From the NCBI RefSeq assembly GCF_963853765.1, contig NC_088858.1:51460001-51524000 (forward strand): DNA of 64,000 nucleotides. Reading direction: 5' to 3'. The position numbers and the translations under genes were made by a program. The notes beneath the pieces were generated by a model. That model was not told the origin of the DNA and did not search any database. It saw only the letters and a program-made list of their open reading frames with translations. Within the stretch, counting starts at the first letter, position 1. Each line of letters starts with the position of its first letter. The DNA is from Magallana gigas. Lineage: Eukaryota. Below are positions 39,464 to 52,682 of the stretch, piece after piece.

Positions 39464-39791
39464 AACCAACAGAATAATTACTGACAGTTGAAATTCCAGA
39501 AGAACACCCCCCCCCCCAGAATGCTTGAGGAAGTATTCATTAAAGGACATTGTGAGAATGAATCTGAATATCCCAGTGTTGTCCTTTGATGTCAATGTAA
39601 ACATTTACTTGTAGCAGTGTTTATTCACGCTTTGCAATTAGCGAATCAATATCAGATTGATCTGTAGACTGCAGGCATGCCGAAAATGGCATTAATAACA
39701 AAGACATTACAGTTCTGTGGTATGACCCTGAAAATTTTATTGCAATCATAATATCAATATTTGTTCTTTATATAATTTACAACATTTCTTT

Positions 39792-41392
39792 TTATATTGG
39801 AGCACCAAGAACCTTTAATTCATATATTGTTATTCTCCCAAAAAAATCTGTACTATTATTAAATATTATTTTAAATATCTTCAGGGATGTAACTTTGGGT
39901 AGTTTGAAGCTGTAACCTTGTTAAGGAGTGTAAATTTTGGACAATGACAATTAATTTTTGACACAAGATTCCTTTAAGTCTTAACTATTGGATGAAATGA
40001 TGTGGCTTATTGAGACTTTTTATCATGTTTTGACTTTGTGCAATATTTGTACGTCACATAAGTTTTATCAATTGATGTCATACTGATAGATCGTATCAAT
40101 TTCCATCCACTCCCAACTTCCATCCACTCCCAAGTTTACAATACGTTGCTTTACTTATACAGCCTATCCTCTCTGTGTTAAGTTTTAGTTTCATTTGATA
40201 AAATTTGTGAATGATATCTTTCCCCTCAGCTGTCTTTATGTATTATATGAAAGAAAATTTAAATATAATGCATGCATTACTAAATGCATGTTTTCTGCGT
40301 TGTTATGGACTGCATCATTTTTGTTTTCTTTCACATTGAACACCTTAGTCATTCTCCGTATGACAATAAAAAAGCAGGGAAGTTCTAAACACTCGTTTAA
40401 AAAATTGAGACATGTGACTTCATTGGTTAACTGATAGGTCACTCTGATGTGACCCTTATTGGAATTCTGTTTGATATTAAAATGTGGGAGTGGATGAGAG
40501 TTCTAATTTTAATTAGATTGAAATCATGTTTTGTAAATATGGTGAAACTTAAATTAAAGTAAAACAATTAATCTGACAATGAAAAATAGTGTTCTACATA
40601 TAGTTATTGGTTTGTTAAAAGGATATTTGTAAAGAGTTGACATCCTCTGGATAGAAGTCCATGATGTGATGATTTGCATTATTTTCATCTGTCATCTGTA
40701 TACAGCAGTCCTTCCCTGCAAACCCACCCTGGAATCGGATTTGAATTTCCTCGATGTTAGACAATGAGTCCAAGTTGACCTCAATCCATTGTGGAGATCC
40801 CTTAGTAATTGAAAATGACATAACATAATTATAAACGATGGGCAATGTTACACGTAATGACATGCAATTTTTTTTTTTAAAAAGCTGTTAGCACCAATTT
40901 AAAATTATCTCAAAATAACGAATGTAAGCAGGAGTTTGTGTTCATATACTTAAAGTCTGATAATAGTTAAACAGGTGGTTGGAGAGAAAACAATGATCAT
41001 CTGCCCCCCCCCCCCCCCCCTCTTGGTCATGTGTCAAAACAAAAATGGCAAAGAGTAAATGTAAATACCTGATCTGAATTCCAGCAAGTATCTTCTTTCT
41101 CATCAACTAAATGTTTTGGTCCAAACTCTTTGATTGCTCTCCTAAGTACTGAACTCACTCTGCAAATAATTTTAGAGTTTGATTGCGGATGAAGGCAATT
41201 TTTCAAAGATAATCAAGATACACATGAGAAACCGAATTTCCTCGAAAAAAAATCACGTTTTATCTTATCGACGCATTGTAACTGTCTATACCATAAATTT
41301 TAAGATTAAAATTACTATTACTATAATTTAGAATCTTGAATGTAATTGAAATACCTTAAACCGGAGTCTTTGTTAGTTAAACAGCCTGACAT
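39792..41392 (-). CDS. NR2C2AP: Nuclear receptor 2C2-associated protein (TRA16 homolog), 140 aa, 4 exons
   Basis: Exons 41392-41355, 41159-41069, 40800-40627, 39911-39792. Reads RVSSVL...FGPKHLVD...TCWNSDQGSPQW...FQGGF...FYPEDVNSLQ|SF...STDFFGRITIYELKVLG. The last intron is AT-AC. Confidence 0.93.
39912..40626 (-). other. U12-type (minor spliceosome) AT-AC intron of NR2C2AP, 715 nt
   Basis: 5' splice site ATATCCTTTT (from 40626); branch point TCCTTAAC (39927-39920); 3' AC (39913-39912). Splicing restores the frame exactly. Confidence 0.92.
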
Positions 41393-41524
41393 GTTCTGCG
41401 TAGAATCCTGATGCAGTAACGTTAGTAAACAAATTTCAAACACGCAGGAAACCTCGATCAATAAATAGTAATGCGGTCGTCAGTTTCAATAACATTTTCT
41501 CAAATATATCAAATAGCGTAAATC

Positions 41525-41710
41525 NNNNNNNNNNNNNNNNNNNNNNNNNNNNNNNNNNNNNNNNNNNNNNNNNNNNNNNNNNNNNNNNNNNNNNNNNNNN
41601 NNNNNNNNNNNNNNNNNNNNNNNNNNNNNNNNNNNNNNNNNNNNNNNNNNNNNNNNNNNNNNNNNNNNNNNNNNNNNNNNNNNNNNNNNNNNNNNNNNNN
41701 NNNNNNNNNN
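41525..41710. other. Assembly gap (N run)
   Basis: Run of N. Confidence 1.
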
Positions 41711-41982
41711 CAAATCTATATTTTTATTGTACAAGACCGATATTTGTTGAATACAATACTCGGTACAAGCTGCCTCGTTTAGATCTATTGGTCTTCTCTT
41801 TGGGGAGCTTGTAATGAATACGAAAGTAGAGAAGACGAAATCTGATGGTGATTCGTTTCGTTCTTGGATGGTATCGGATGCAGTTAAGTGTTAATGGTGC
41901 AAAGTTTTTACCATCTTTCAGACTTAACATAGATAAGGGTAGTTCTTGGATTCAAGATCTTTCCTATCACACTTCAAACTTT

Positions 41983-44234
41983 ATGCCGAAGAAAAAACAG
42001 GTAACGTTAATTCTAAGTTGTGTTAGTGTTAGATTACAAGTTTTATCTTCAGTGTGCACTCCATTTGAAACAACCTGGCTGCATGTTATGAGAATGTTTT
42101 TTATTTTTTGAATGATAGTATACGCAAATGTTGCTTTGCTTTGAAAATTTGTTTTTATAAACAAGATAAATATTTAGCAACAGGCCAAGTACAATCACTT
42201 TACAGTAAAACCGCAAAGCAGTTTATAAAAAAGCGTAAACTGTTTCAAACCATTTTATATCGTATAAAACTAATAAATATTGAATTCATTACTTATGATT
42301 TAATTTTTTTTTACGCTTCATTGTAGATATAAACGGTCATTTGAGCTTTAAAATGACGTAAAATTGTACAAAATTCAAACTTAACGTCAGGCGTATTGAT
42401 ACGTTTTTGACGTTAGTCTTACTGTGACATAGGCAACATTCTTTATACAATATAAAATAATTTTTTATCCAATCAGAAAGTGTGTTACAACCAAAAAAAT
42501 TATTTCAGTTTAATGAAATTTGCACTACTATTTAACATAATATTTTGAATAAATTTATTTTCATATAAATTTTTCGAACTCACAATCTGATCATTATAGG
42601 TATCAAAGTAATATTTTTTTATTCTAAGCCTCAATTCGTATAAGTTAAAGTCTTGTGAAAGTAAACAAATATATAGTGAATTCGCTATAGTTATTGTTAA
42701 GAATTCGTTATACGGATATAACGAATTACGGATATAACGAAGTAAATCCTTTGGTCCCTAGGACTTCGCTATAATCAAGTTTTACTGTATTTAGTAGTCC
42801 GAAATATCAGGTGTTTTCTAGCTTTTATGACAATTTTGATATTTTACACGCATTAGATATTTCGGATTTCTAAATATAGTAACTATCGATTAAGCTACAT
42901 AGCTTGAATTACCTACATATATAACTTTTTTTAAATTTAGCTATATATTTTTTTTTACCTAAAGTTGCATTTAGGTAAAGCAATAGCTCCTTCTTAATTG
43001 AACAAACAAAGAAGAACAAGTCTGATTAACATTTTAATTGATTGGTAATAATTCAGCACACTCTTCAAGTAGTCACATTTATTCATGCCTCATCGCACAC
43101 AAGGTTGTCTCCAGTTACTCAAACAATAGAAATTCATATTTTGCTTAAATCTCCTGAAAAGCATTGATGCTTTACCTATTTCAATTAGGGGTTGTTTTTT
43201 TTTTAACTACACAGTAATGACAAAGGTTGTCACTTGCAACTTTTTGTATGTTTAACATAAAAAGGCTTAAGCAAAATTGCATAAAAGTAGCTAAATATAC
43301 CTACTTCAGGTAGGTAACTAAAGCTATGTAGGTAATTCAAGCTATGTAGCTAAATCTAGTGATACCAGTAGTACTGGACCTGATTAAGATTTGCTCTGTC
43401 ATATATAATCCATTTTTTTTGGGTTTCTTTTGCTTACAAATGACTGTAAACAGTATAAAACAATCTATCATAATAGTCTGTCTTATGAATAATTAACAGA
43501 AAGATGAATCCAAAGAAGCTGGATTGGGTAAGGGAGCCAGGCATGACACACAACCAGTTCATCAGAACAAGGACGGTACAGTGTCGGTTAACATCTTAGC
43601 CAAGCCGGGAGCCAGGCAGAATGCAATCACTGGTAAAAGCATTATCATGCTATTGTTCTTCGGCATTGACAGATCTAGATCTCATTCTTGTGTTACAATA
43701 TCTGTTGTGGTTACACTTGATTTACTGAGAACGTTTTCAGACACCTTTAAAGAATATATATCAGAACCTCCATATAGCTTTTTCGATTAATATGCGATTA
43801 ATATAATTTTATAAACAATTTTTTTTTCTGTCAGGAATTTTTTTGTAATCAATAAGTTAATCCACAAAATCAAAGATCAAATGTTTGTGACAAATATTGG
43901 TATGTTGATTGAAGATATCTCGGAGGAAAGTGTGGGAGTCCAGATATCAGCGCCCCCTGTTGATGGTGAAGCAAATGCAGAACTACTAAAATTCATGTCG
44001 AAGACACTGGGAGTTAGAAAGTCTGATGTGGTATTAGGAAAGGTAGCTATGAGATATTGCATACCAGTATTCTCTTTTTAACTAGCAGCTTATATTGTAT
44101 ATTTTGTTTAATTCTTAAAATGAATTTTTTTTGAGCAGGGCTCAAAGTCTCGCTGTAAGACCCTGCTGATTCATGGGAAGGGTGTGGAGGAAGTTCTGAC
44201 CCAAATAAGAACTCAGATGCAGAATGATCAGTGA
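41983..44234 (+). CDS. C15orf40: UPF0235 protein C15orf40 homolog (YggU-like), 124 aa, 4 exons
   Basis: Exons 41983-42000, 43500-43632, 43915-44042, 44139-44234. Motifs [53 protein letters not shown]. The 18-nt first exon (MPKKKQ) is the least certain part. Confidence 0.9.
42890..43355. mobile_element. MITE-like element in C15orf40 intron 1
   Basis: AGCTACATAGCTTGAATTACCTACATA is mirrored by TATGTAGGTAATTCAAGCTATGTAGCT. Confidence 0.6.
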
Positions 44235-44473
44235 CTGTACGCATATAAGGCAAGGTTTAAAATTTAAAATAAATCAGTCTTTCTTTTTTGCAGAATTTAT
44301 TTTACATAAATACTGTGGTTGTAAAAAAAAAAACCCACAAAACACAATGCTTGCCATAATTAAAAAAAAAAGCAAACTTTAGAGCATATTCATATAATTT
44401 GTAAGAAAACCAAACTCTGTTACCTACAGTTGCCTGTAGGATACTCTTGGATATATATGCATCATGTAGAAAG

Positions 44474-46325
44474 TTATATGTTATATGGTTCACTGACATA
44501 GTATTTTCGTGCGGACGGACCGTACATTTGAATGGCATCTGCCGGGGAGATGATCCTCCCTCTCTCGGGGTACTGTCGGGCGTCCGCGTCCATGTGAAGT
44601 AGATGAGGTCCACGACTCTCCTTGTTCTCCGGTGTAGAACATCGGGGCCCACTTGCTTGGTCCAGAGAATGGAACAAGGGGAACTCATTTCCTTTGGCCT
44701 GGTCTTCAGGTTTAATGGTGTTTACAATGGTGGGTTGACTTGGGTATCTGTTGTATGGGGTGTACTTTGTAAACATCGCGTGTTGTGGCTGCCCTCCAAG
44801 TTTGGTTGAGGAGTGTTTGACACTGAAGGTGTTTGTGGATTTGCTCTCCTCTGGGATGGGCCTCAGAGCCTGACATCTTCCACTGTTTCTTCTGATTGGT
44901 TCCTGGGACCAGAGTCCTTTTCTGCCAATCATTTCCTCCTTGTGCTGCACTTCGTATCTCAGTCGTTCTTTCTGTGCTGCCCACGTAACAGAAGTGAAGT
45001 CGGAGTCTGACAGCTTCTCGATGTTTTTATCCTGTCTCTGTTTCCTGAGATGAATGAATTTACAATATCATTCAAAACTTCTAGAAAAGATAGAGGACAT
45101 GAAGAAAAGCAGGATGAAGGAAACCAATTACTTTTCAGCATTGATTTCTTTATTATGCCCCCCTTCGAAAAAGGGAAGGCATTTTGCTTTGCTGCTGTCT
45201 GTCGGTCAGTCGGTCGGTCCACCAACAGTTTCTGTTCATTTTCTTTGCAGAGGATGCACATATTGATATGAAATTTGGTATACAGATTAATCATAACTTT
45301 ATCTAGGTCAGGTTTGATTTTTATGTAGGATCGAGCAATTTTCGACAGAGTAATGCCCCTTGGATGTCGAAAAATTCCAATTATTTGCAGTTTCCACTCA
45401 TTTTCTTCAGAGGATGCACTAATTAAATTGAAATTTGGCAAACAGGTTAATCTTAATAATATCTAGGGCAGGTTTGATTTTGGGTTCAATTTAAGCAATT
45501 TTTGACAGAGATATGCCCCTTTGACGTAAAAAAAATTCCAATTATTTGCAGTTTCCGTTCATTTTCTTCACAGAGGATGCACTTTTTGACATGAAATTTG
45601 GTATAAAGGTTTATCATAATAATATCTAGGTCAAGTTTGATTTTGGGTGCGATTAAGCAATTTTCAAAAGAGTTATGCCCCTTGGACTTAGAAAAAATTC
45701 CAATTATTTGCAGTTTCCGTTCTTTTTCTTTGCAGAGCTTGAACTTACTTAAAGGAAATTTGGTATACAGATTATTCATAATAATATGTAGGTCAAGTTA
45801 ATATAGGATACGATCAAGCATTTTTTGACAGAGCTATGTGCCTTGGACTTAGAAAAATTTCAATTATTTGTAGTTTCCGTACATTTTCTTTGCAGAGGTT
45901 TCAATTATTTGCAGTTTCGGTTCATTTTTTTAACAGATGTTTCCAAGGAAGGGGGGCATATGTGTCTAACAAACATCTCTTGTTACCTTTGATAAGACTC
46001 CACACAACTCATAAGGCATGCCCTGACGGTCAGCCACAGGACTTCCAGAACAGAGATGATGGACATGCCAATCAGCAAGGAGGACACACCTCCAATGTTA
46101 GCAAGCAGTTGCAACAACTATAAGAATAAGGAAAAAATCATAGATGATGACATAAATATTCTCTCCCTCTTTTTCTCCCTCTCTCTCACATATAACTTAC
46201 TGTGGATGTGTTTTCCTCCATCAGACTTGTTTCTTTGGCATTAGAGAAATCCAAGGACACCTTTATCATTGAGGACCTGGAAAACAACATTACTTTATGA
46301 TCCTCATGAAACTATTGCAATGGTG

Positions 46326-46391
<66 letters not shown>

Positions 46392-49300
46392 GGTAAAGAG
46401 ACAGGGGCTATTTGTACCCTTCTTGGTACCTGAACTGACTGTCAGTCATAACTAGTCCCAGGTTCTGTAAGTATCTCTGCTCGTGCTTCAGGTTCCCAGC
46501 AGAAGGCCAGGGTAGGGAAGTTACTGTAGTATCAATACTGCTTGTGCTGTAAAACATAAATCACTGATATAAAACTTTGTAGCTTAACAAACTTTTACTG
46601 AAACAACAAATTTTAACATGCCATAGATTAACTATCACTTTTATGTTCATACAATTTCAACTTGTATTTTTGTAAATAAATATATATACCTGCATGGCAG
46701 TGGACATGAACAAGGTAGCTCTCCACTTGACGCTAAATATGATAGAGCAGCAGAACACACAACTGCAAACGGAGAGAAAGTTTGTTGGACAGTGCTAGAA
46801 CATTTGTATTTTGGAACAGATATACATAAGTATTACATGAACCAGTATTTTAAAATTGAAATTTGTTTCAGTTAATATCCGCCTAATTCCCTTACATTCA
46901 AATTGAACATTGATTCTGCATCTATCAGCATTGTCATTTTCAAAATTCTGTCGGCATTTACAGTATGTCTGTGAGAAATGGTCTATGCAGTCAGACAAGC
47001 ATTTCTAAAAAAACAAATAAAAAAACATATAGCATTAGAAAAATAGTTATTCTAGTTTATAAAGATTGCCTATCTTCATGATTTCTCTATTTCCTTTTAC
47101 CTTCCTATTGTAACTCTGTCTGTCTATGCAGTCCTGAAGTTTCTTTGTTTTGACAATCTGTAGGAAAGAAATACTTTAAAATTATGGGTTTTTTTATTGG
47201 TATTGATTGAGTTTGTCCAAATATTAGATTCTCAGTTAACAGCTTTTTACTTAAATTTACAAATTATGTCAAATTAAGTTATACTCACTTTTTGTAGGTC
47301 GATGATATAACTTGATCCGGGGGCCAGCATGTATTGTTGACCGTCCCTGAGGTTGGATTTCTCTGTGTGGATAAATATAACAGCCCCATGCTCAGGACTC
47401 AGGACATCCATGTACTCATCGGGCTCAATGTTCAGTCTCAGCTCAATCTTGCCTACAGACAGAAGAAGTGATCAGTTTAACACAGGACGAATAGTGCCGA
47501 CTTCTTGTACAAATAGTGTTCCTCCTAAGCACAAAACTCTTTATAATCTTTCTGTTTGGCCCCTTTTGCTGTTTGTGTACTTAGATAAATATTATTTTTT
47601 TTTGGTTATACATGTACAATGCACTTGGATAAATGATGGCAGATTTTTTAAACAGCTTTTTACAGATGAGAATGTTTTTTGTAAGTGGTGAATAACTCAT
47701 TATAATAAGATTTGTATTTCAATCAAATATGTGTATTTACATTATGAAAATGTTCATAAAGATATCAAAAATGAAAAGCATACATTATATAGTGTATCAA
47801 AGAGTAGTGTTTGCTCAGGATTTTGCTGTTTTGTACACTGAGTGTGTAACTTTATGGAGCTTCTGAGTCAGTGTTGACAAAGGTGAATACCTGAAGTTGT
47901 TCAGTCCAGTAATAAAATGGCTAAACATGAATAAAAGTTCTCTTTTATAAATTTTATGAAGATTGATGTCCTAAAGTAACTGGTTATTTAGTGAAATGAT
48001 TGAGACTATTTAATCATCATGGTTTCAATTTTTTTTCTATATACTTCTATATAGAATAGCAGCAGTGATACAACTAAAAGTGATTGGCTCTAGCATATCC
48101 ATTATAATGCATATGAAATTGTTTGCTGCTGTGTAGAGGGCGTTGTTGTATTTAATGACACATGAATTTTTATGATCTTTATCCGCTGTGGTATATAAGT
48201 CTTGAATTTAAATGTTTACTATCTTCCAGAATTAGTAACTGCTATGTTTTAATGATCATGAACTATTACTGCTATGTTATAGCAGTCACAAACTTGAATT
48301 ATTACTAACTGCTATGTTTGAATACTAACTGCCCTGCTATAGCAATTCTGGACTTGAATTATAACTAACTGCTATGTTATAGCAGTCATAAACTTGAATT
48401 ATTTCTGAATGCTATGTTATAGCGATCACAAACTTGAATTATTAATGAATGCTATGTTATAGCGTTCACAAACTTGAAATGAATTATTACTGAATGCTAT
48501 GTAATAGCGGTCACAAACTTGAATTATTACTGACTGCAATGTTAAGGCGGTCATAAATTGAATAATTACTAACTCCTATGTAACAGTGGTCATGAACTTG
48601 AATTGTTACCTACTGCTATGTTATAGCGGCCCTGAACTTGAACCATTAATGTCTGCTTTGTTATAGCCGTCACAAACTTGAATTATTACTAACTGCTATG
48701 TTATAACGGTTACAAACTTGAATCATTACTATCTGCTTTGTTATAGAGGTCTTGGAATTGTATGATTGGTATCTGGAATATTCAGTCAATGATTTTGTAT
48801 GATAACTACATCATCTACATGTACATGCTGTATCACAGTGGTTCACAACCAGCATGATAATATCTCTCATGTCAAACACACGTACCCATTTCCTTTGTTA
48901 CAGATGGAGATATCATAAAACATCGTCCATGCTCCTCATCAACAATCTCTAAAACGTCTCTGTACAAATGTAAATAACAAAATATAAGTATATAATAGAA
49001 CGTAAATATGAAATTCGGTAATTTGTTATCCGTTATTTATATCAATAGTCCGTACATAAGTAGTATTATATGCAAGTATTAATATGACACAGTTTCCCTA
49101 CACAATTGGGTCGACCATTTTTTGTGTAATTGTTACTTAAAGCTCGGAAGAGGTTCAGTACTGTTTTATATATATATTAATCTTTGGATTAGTTAAGTCA
49201 AGTGAGTCAAGTGGCAGAAATCGCACGTAAAGGAGTGATGTAAGAGACTAAGTGAGGGTAAGAGTTGTTAAGTCGGCCCTCAGCTGTCGTGTGGTGTAAC

Positions 49301-51161
49301 ACAGTATTCACACAGGTCTTAGGGAGCATTAGGCCGCTGATTATTGTTATGATTAATTTATCTATAAATGGAAAACATTATGATCAAGATGGGTAATTCT
49401 TAATAACGTACAAGGTTGTACTGTAACACGCCGGATCAAGGGACCCCATTACGTAACACAGGGCGGACCGGTCCCCCACGCACCTGCTGGCCCTCTGTTT
49501 GTTACTGTCTACACATTGTGCAATATCAAGGTTCAAGTTCCCCTACACACGTCACACCAACAATTGCTAGTGTTATATGCAATGATATTAAATGATTTTT
49601 CATTTAAATCTCTGTTATCGAAGTGTCTACAGCAAATGATTACATAATTTTGACAGTGAATTTATGTTTCTCTTTCCCTAGATCTTGGGCCAGTTGCAAT
49701 AAAAACGTATTGAAATAAGATAAAGTTAGAGCGTGCATCAACACAAAATAATATTGAAGTCAATTTAAGACGAAATTCATTTCTAGCCACGGTTACCCTG
49801 TGAAATAATGCACAATTCTATGGCCCTTATACACGTGTATATTGAATTTTTTTATCACTTGAACTTCTGAAACTTAAATTCAGTGTAATATTCGGCCAAT
49901 TAAAAAAACCCATTAATGTATATGTAAATTTAAGCTTCCCATTTATATCTGCCAACAGGGCAATTTGCGGTTTTATAGATGTACCGGTACTCTGGGAGGG
50001 TAGTCGCAGAGTAAAATATTGTCCTTTACAAAAATTTAGATTACTAGTATTGAGAAATTTCTACATGACAACTGACAATATACAAATTTTGATTCTCAAT
50101 AATCTAAATTTTTGTAAAGGACAATATATTGAAACAAACAACGTGCAAAACGCATGCGCTAGAAATATATCAAAAATGGTATAAAATGATACGTTTTGCC
50201 AAATGGTTGTCACCCGTTTTTAGATACATTTATAATAAGTAAATTGATCTTCATTGTATGCAACTTTTAGGTATGTATATTGTACATGTAAGAAGTAAAA
50301 TAGATGGTGTTCATTGTGTTTGGCTGTTATATTCAAGGATCAAGCCACTTACTGAAGACAGGGCCTTCCATTATACAGACACTGTACTAGGGTCTTGTTA
50401 GCCTGATGGCCGAACTTCCACTGCTCCTCCCTATTTGGTCTCACGGCCTGTTCTAAAATCCGGAAGCCATATCGGAGACTTGCCCTGTAGACACTGTACC
50501 AATCGTTTTGTGACGTCATTGAGGAATAAGGCTCGAAAGAAAAATCTATCTCTGACATCAGTTTGTCATATTTTTCTTTGTCTAGGACATTTCTGAGAAA
50601 AGTTTGAAATGAGGTGGATTTTATTGCGTCGGTTCCATTTTTTGTAAGAGATGGTGACAGCATGGAAGTAGTTGTCATGGGAACAAGGAGATCACGGAAT
50701 CTGTCGCCAGCGGACGCCACCACAGAGAAACGCAGTTTGTTCTTATTGCACACAGTTATAACCGGTACCTCGGATATCCTGGCACCAACTTGCTCAGTTC
50801 GAAAGCTAGAGGACTGTAGATAGTAAACTGAAAAGTTCAGGTACACAAGGAACACGAATCCACTGAAAGCAACACAAGAAATAATTATCCATATGGATGT
50901 TTCCAACACGTGAGTAGTTGTTCCCGCAATCCCAAGTCCATGAATGTCCACAGCGGGAAGCCACAGCCTGGCCCGGTCAAAATTTGAGGTGGCGTCCGAT
51001 TTGGTCAGCTCATCATTTGTGACGTCACGAAGCGTCCTCCATTTTTTCATGTGCCTGTTCTTTTCATAATTCCCGTTCCTGACACTCTCTGACTCTGAGA
51101 TGGAGGTGAAATATCTATCGCACCTGTCCTTCCACGCGCTGTACGAGTCCTCGTCCCCCAT
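44474..51161 (-). CDS. DEG/ENaC (amiloride-sensitive sodium channel family) subunit, about 726 aa, 10 exons
   Basis: Exons 51161-50353, 48959-48886, 47452-47289, 47157-47101, 47004-46896, 46762-46690, 46546-46430, 46276-46201, 46117-45987, 45044-44474 are phase-consistent (2181 nt). HG motif (DIHGL), TM1, PVITVCNKN, HGRCF, LRLNIEPDEY, CSCPLPC, WPS, TM2 LLANIGG...IGMS...LE. Confidence 0.9.
45143..45984 (+). mobile_element. Helentron-associated (HINE-type) element with about 161-bp units, in the last intron of the ENaC gene
   Basis: Subterminal IR ATGCCCCCC / GGGGGGCAT; GTCTGTCGGTCAGTCGGTCGGTCC tract. TTATTTG(C/T)AGTTTCC at about 45381, 45542, 45704, 45864; ends CATCTCTTGTT. Confidence 0.85.
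46328..46388. repeat. (TA)n microsatellite
   Basis: Pure TA run in an ENaC intron. Confidence 0.97.
48225..48750. repeat. 40-bp minisatellite, about 13 diverged units
   Basis: Consensus AACTTGAATTATTACTAACTGCTATGTTATAGCGGTCACA, in ENaC intron 2. Confidence 0.9.
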
Positions 51162-52682
51162 TATCCTACTTGTCCCCTGTCACACAAACTGACCGTGCCA
51201 CATTCAGGTATAAATCAAATTCTTGCGATGAAATCAGAATGGTTAAACTTTCTGCGTCCAGTCAACCGCTCTTCCAAAAAATGTTTTGGTATGCTTTTTG
51301 ATACCTGTCGGGTGCGCGCCGCTTTAAATGTCCACCTCTAAGTCTGGCTCTATATATCCTATTGTTATAATGTTCAATCCAAAAACGATCTGCTTTTATA
51401 TCAGTCCCGAAAGAGAGAGTGATAATTAAAATGTGAACAAAAAAATGAAATAATGTTTAGTCCAAAAGAGAAATGATAAAGCTTTTCATTTTGCTGCTCC
51501 ATTGTCTGTGTCGTTCTTTGGTCGGTTCCTCGTAATGAGAAAAAACCAGTAAAAGTTTATCAACCAGGAGTTTAAATTTCTGTATGTATAAACGGCAATC
51601 GCACCTCAATTGTTCACATTTCTCCTTCTGTAATATGAACAATGGAAAAACTCATGCATTTTTATAAATATCACAAAACAAGCGCGGTTACGTGCATATG
51701 AAACGATTACAAAATCAAAATATAAGTAGCGTAGGCACTAGGATAGTTTTGCAATCGATATTCCAGAGAGATGGGTACCGTTCTCGTTATAGCGGCGACT
51801 AAGAGTGAACGGTTGAATTATTGATGATAAGAGAGTTAAACCAGCGGATGGACCGTAAAATGACCATCAGAGCCCTCCTAAACATCGCCAAGTACAAAAT
51901 TCTCCTCGTATCAATAAGCAACTCCACACAACTCAGGTGTACAGAAGAGATTGGTTAATGTTAAACACGGTTTCTCGTTAAACCAAAAGTTGAGTTTTCG
52001 GATATATCAAAAATGATACGTGATTTGAACGTTGGGATGTTCTCAATGATAATCAGATATTAAGGAAATTAACTTAACTTTAATACTTGATGTTGTCTTC
52101 AAATTAAATACTTAATGACTCTAATGCTGTTTATATCATAAAGCTTTTTGCGTTTTAGTAAGGGAGAAAAATGTGTAAAGCGATAAAAACGCATTGGTTT
52201 GTTGGTAATTCTAACATAAGAATACAAATGAACTTAGTTCGGTTTATGTTAACTTGATATACCCCATGTATAAATTGAATTGAAAATAAATAAACATCAC
52301 AAACACATAAACAAGTCCTGTCTGCATGGTTTTTATGCATGTTGATTCTCTAAATTACTGAGAAAAACCTGTTTCTTCAAAATGAGAGCAAGTTATTCAA
52401 AATTTGCAAATCAGTCCAATGCTCTTTAATTGAAATGTATTTGTAAGAATATTGACGAAATTGCTTTGAAAATATCAGTTAAACAGTAAATATTATCTAC
52501 ACAAAAGACTCGGAAATGGCACATCAGAGCAAAACGTAACAAATCTGAGTAAAAAGTGCTACAAATTCGAACACAGAGGCAAGAAAAGCAAAACGCAAAA
52601 AATGTTCAGATCGATTGCAGCAAAAAATAAATATTTTGATTGTATCGCATATATTAAGTAAAAAGTAGTCCCTGCACCGTCA

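Noticed and set aside
44712-44984. Alternative-frame ORFs over the ENaC last exon
   Set aside because: Splice phase selects the 44474-45044 frame; the others are overlapping by-products.
48225-48750. Regularly spaced repeats resembling a CRISPR array
   Set aside because: Units are contiguous with no unique spacers, lie in a spliceosomal intron, and there are no cas genes.
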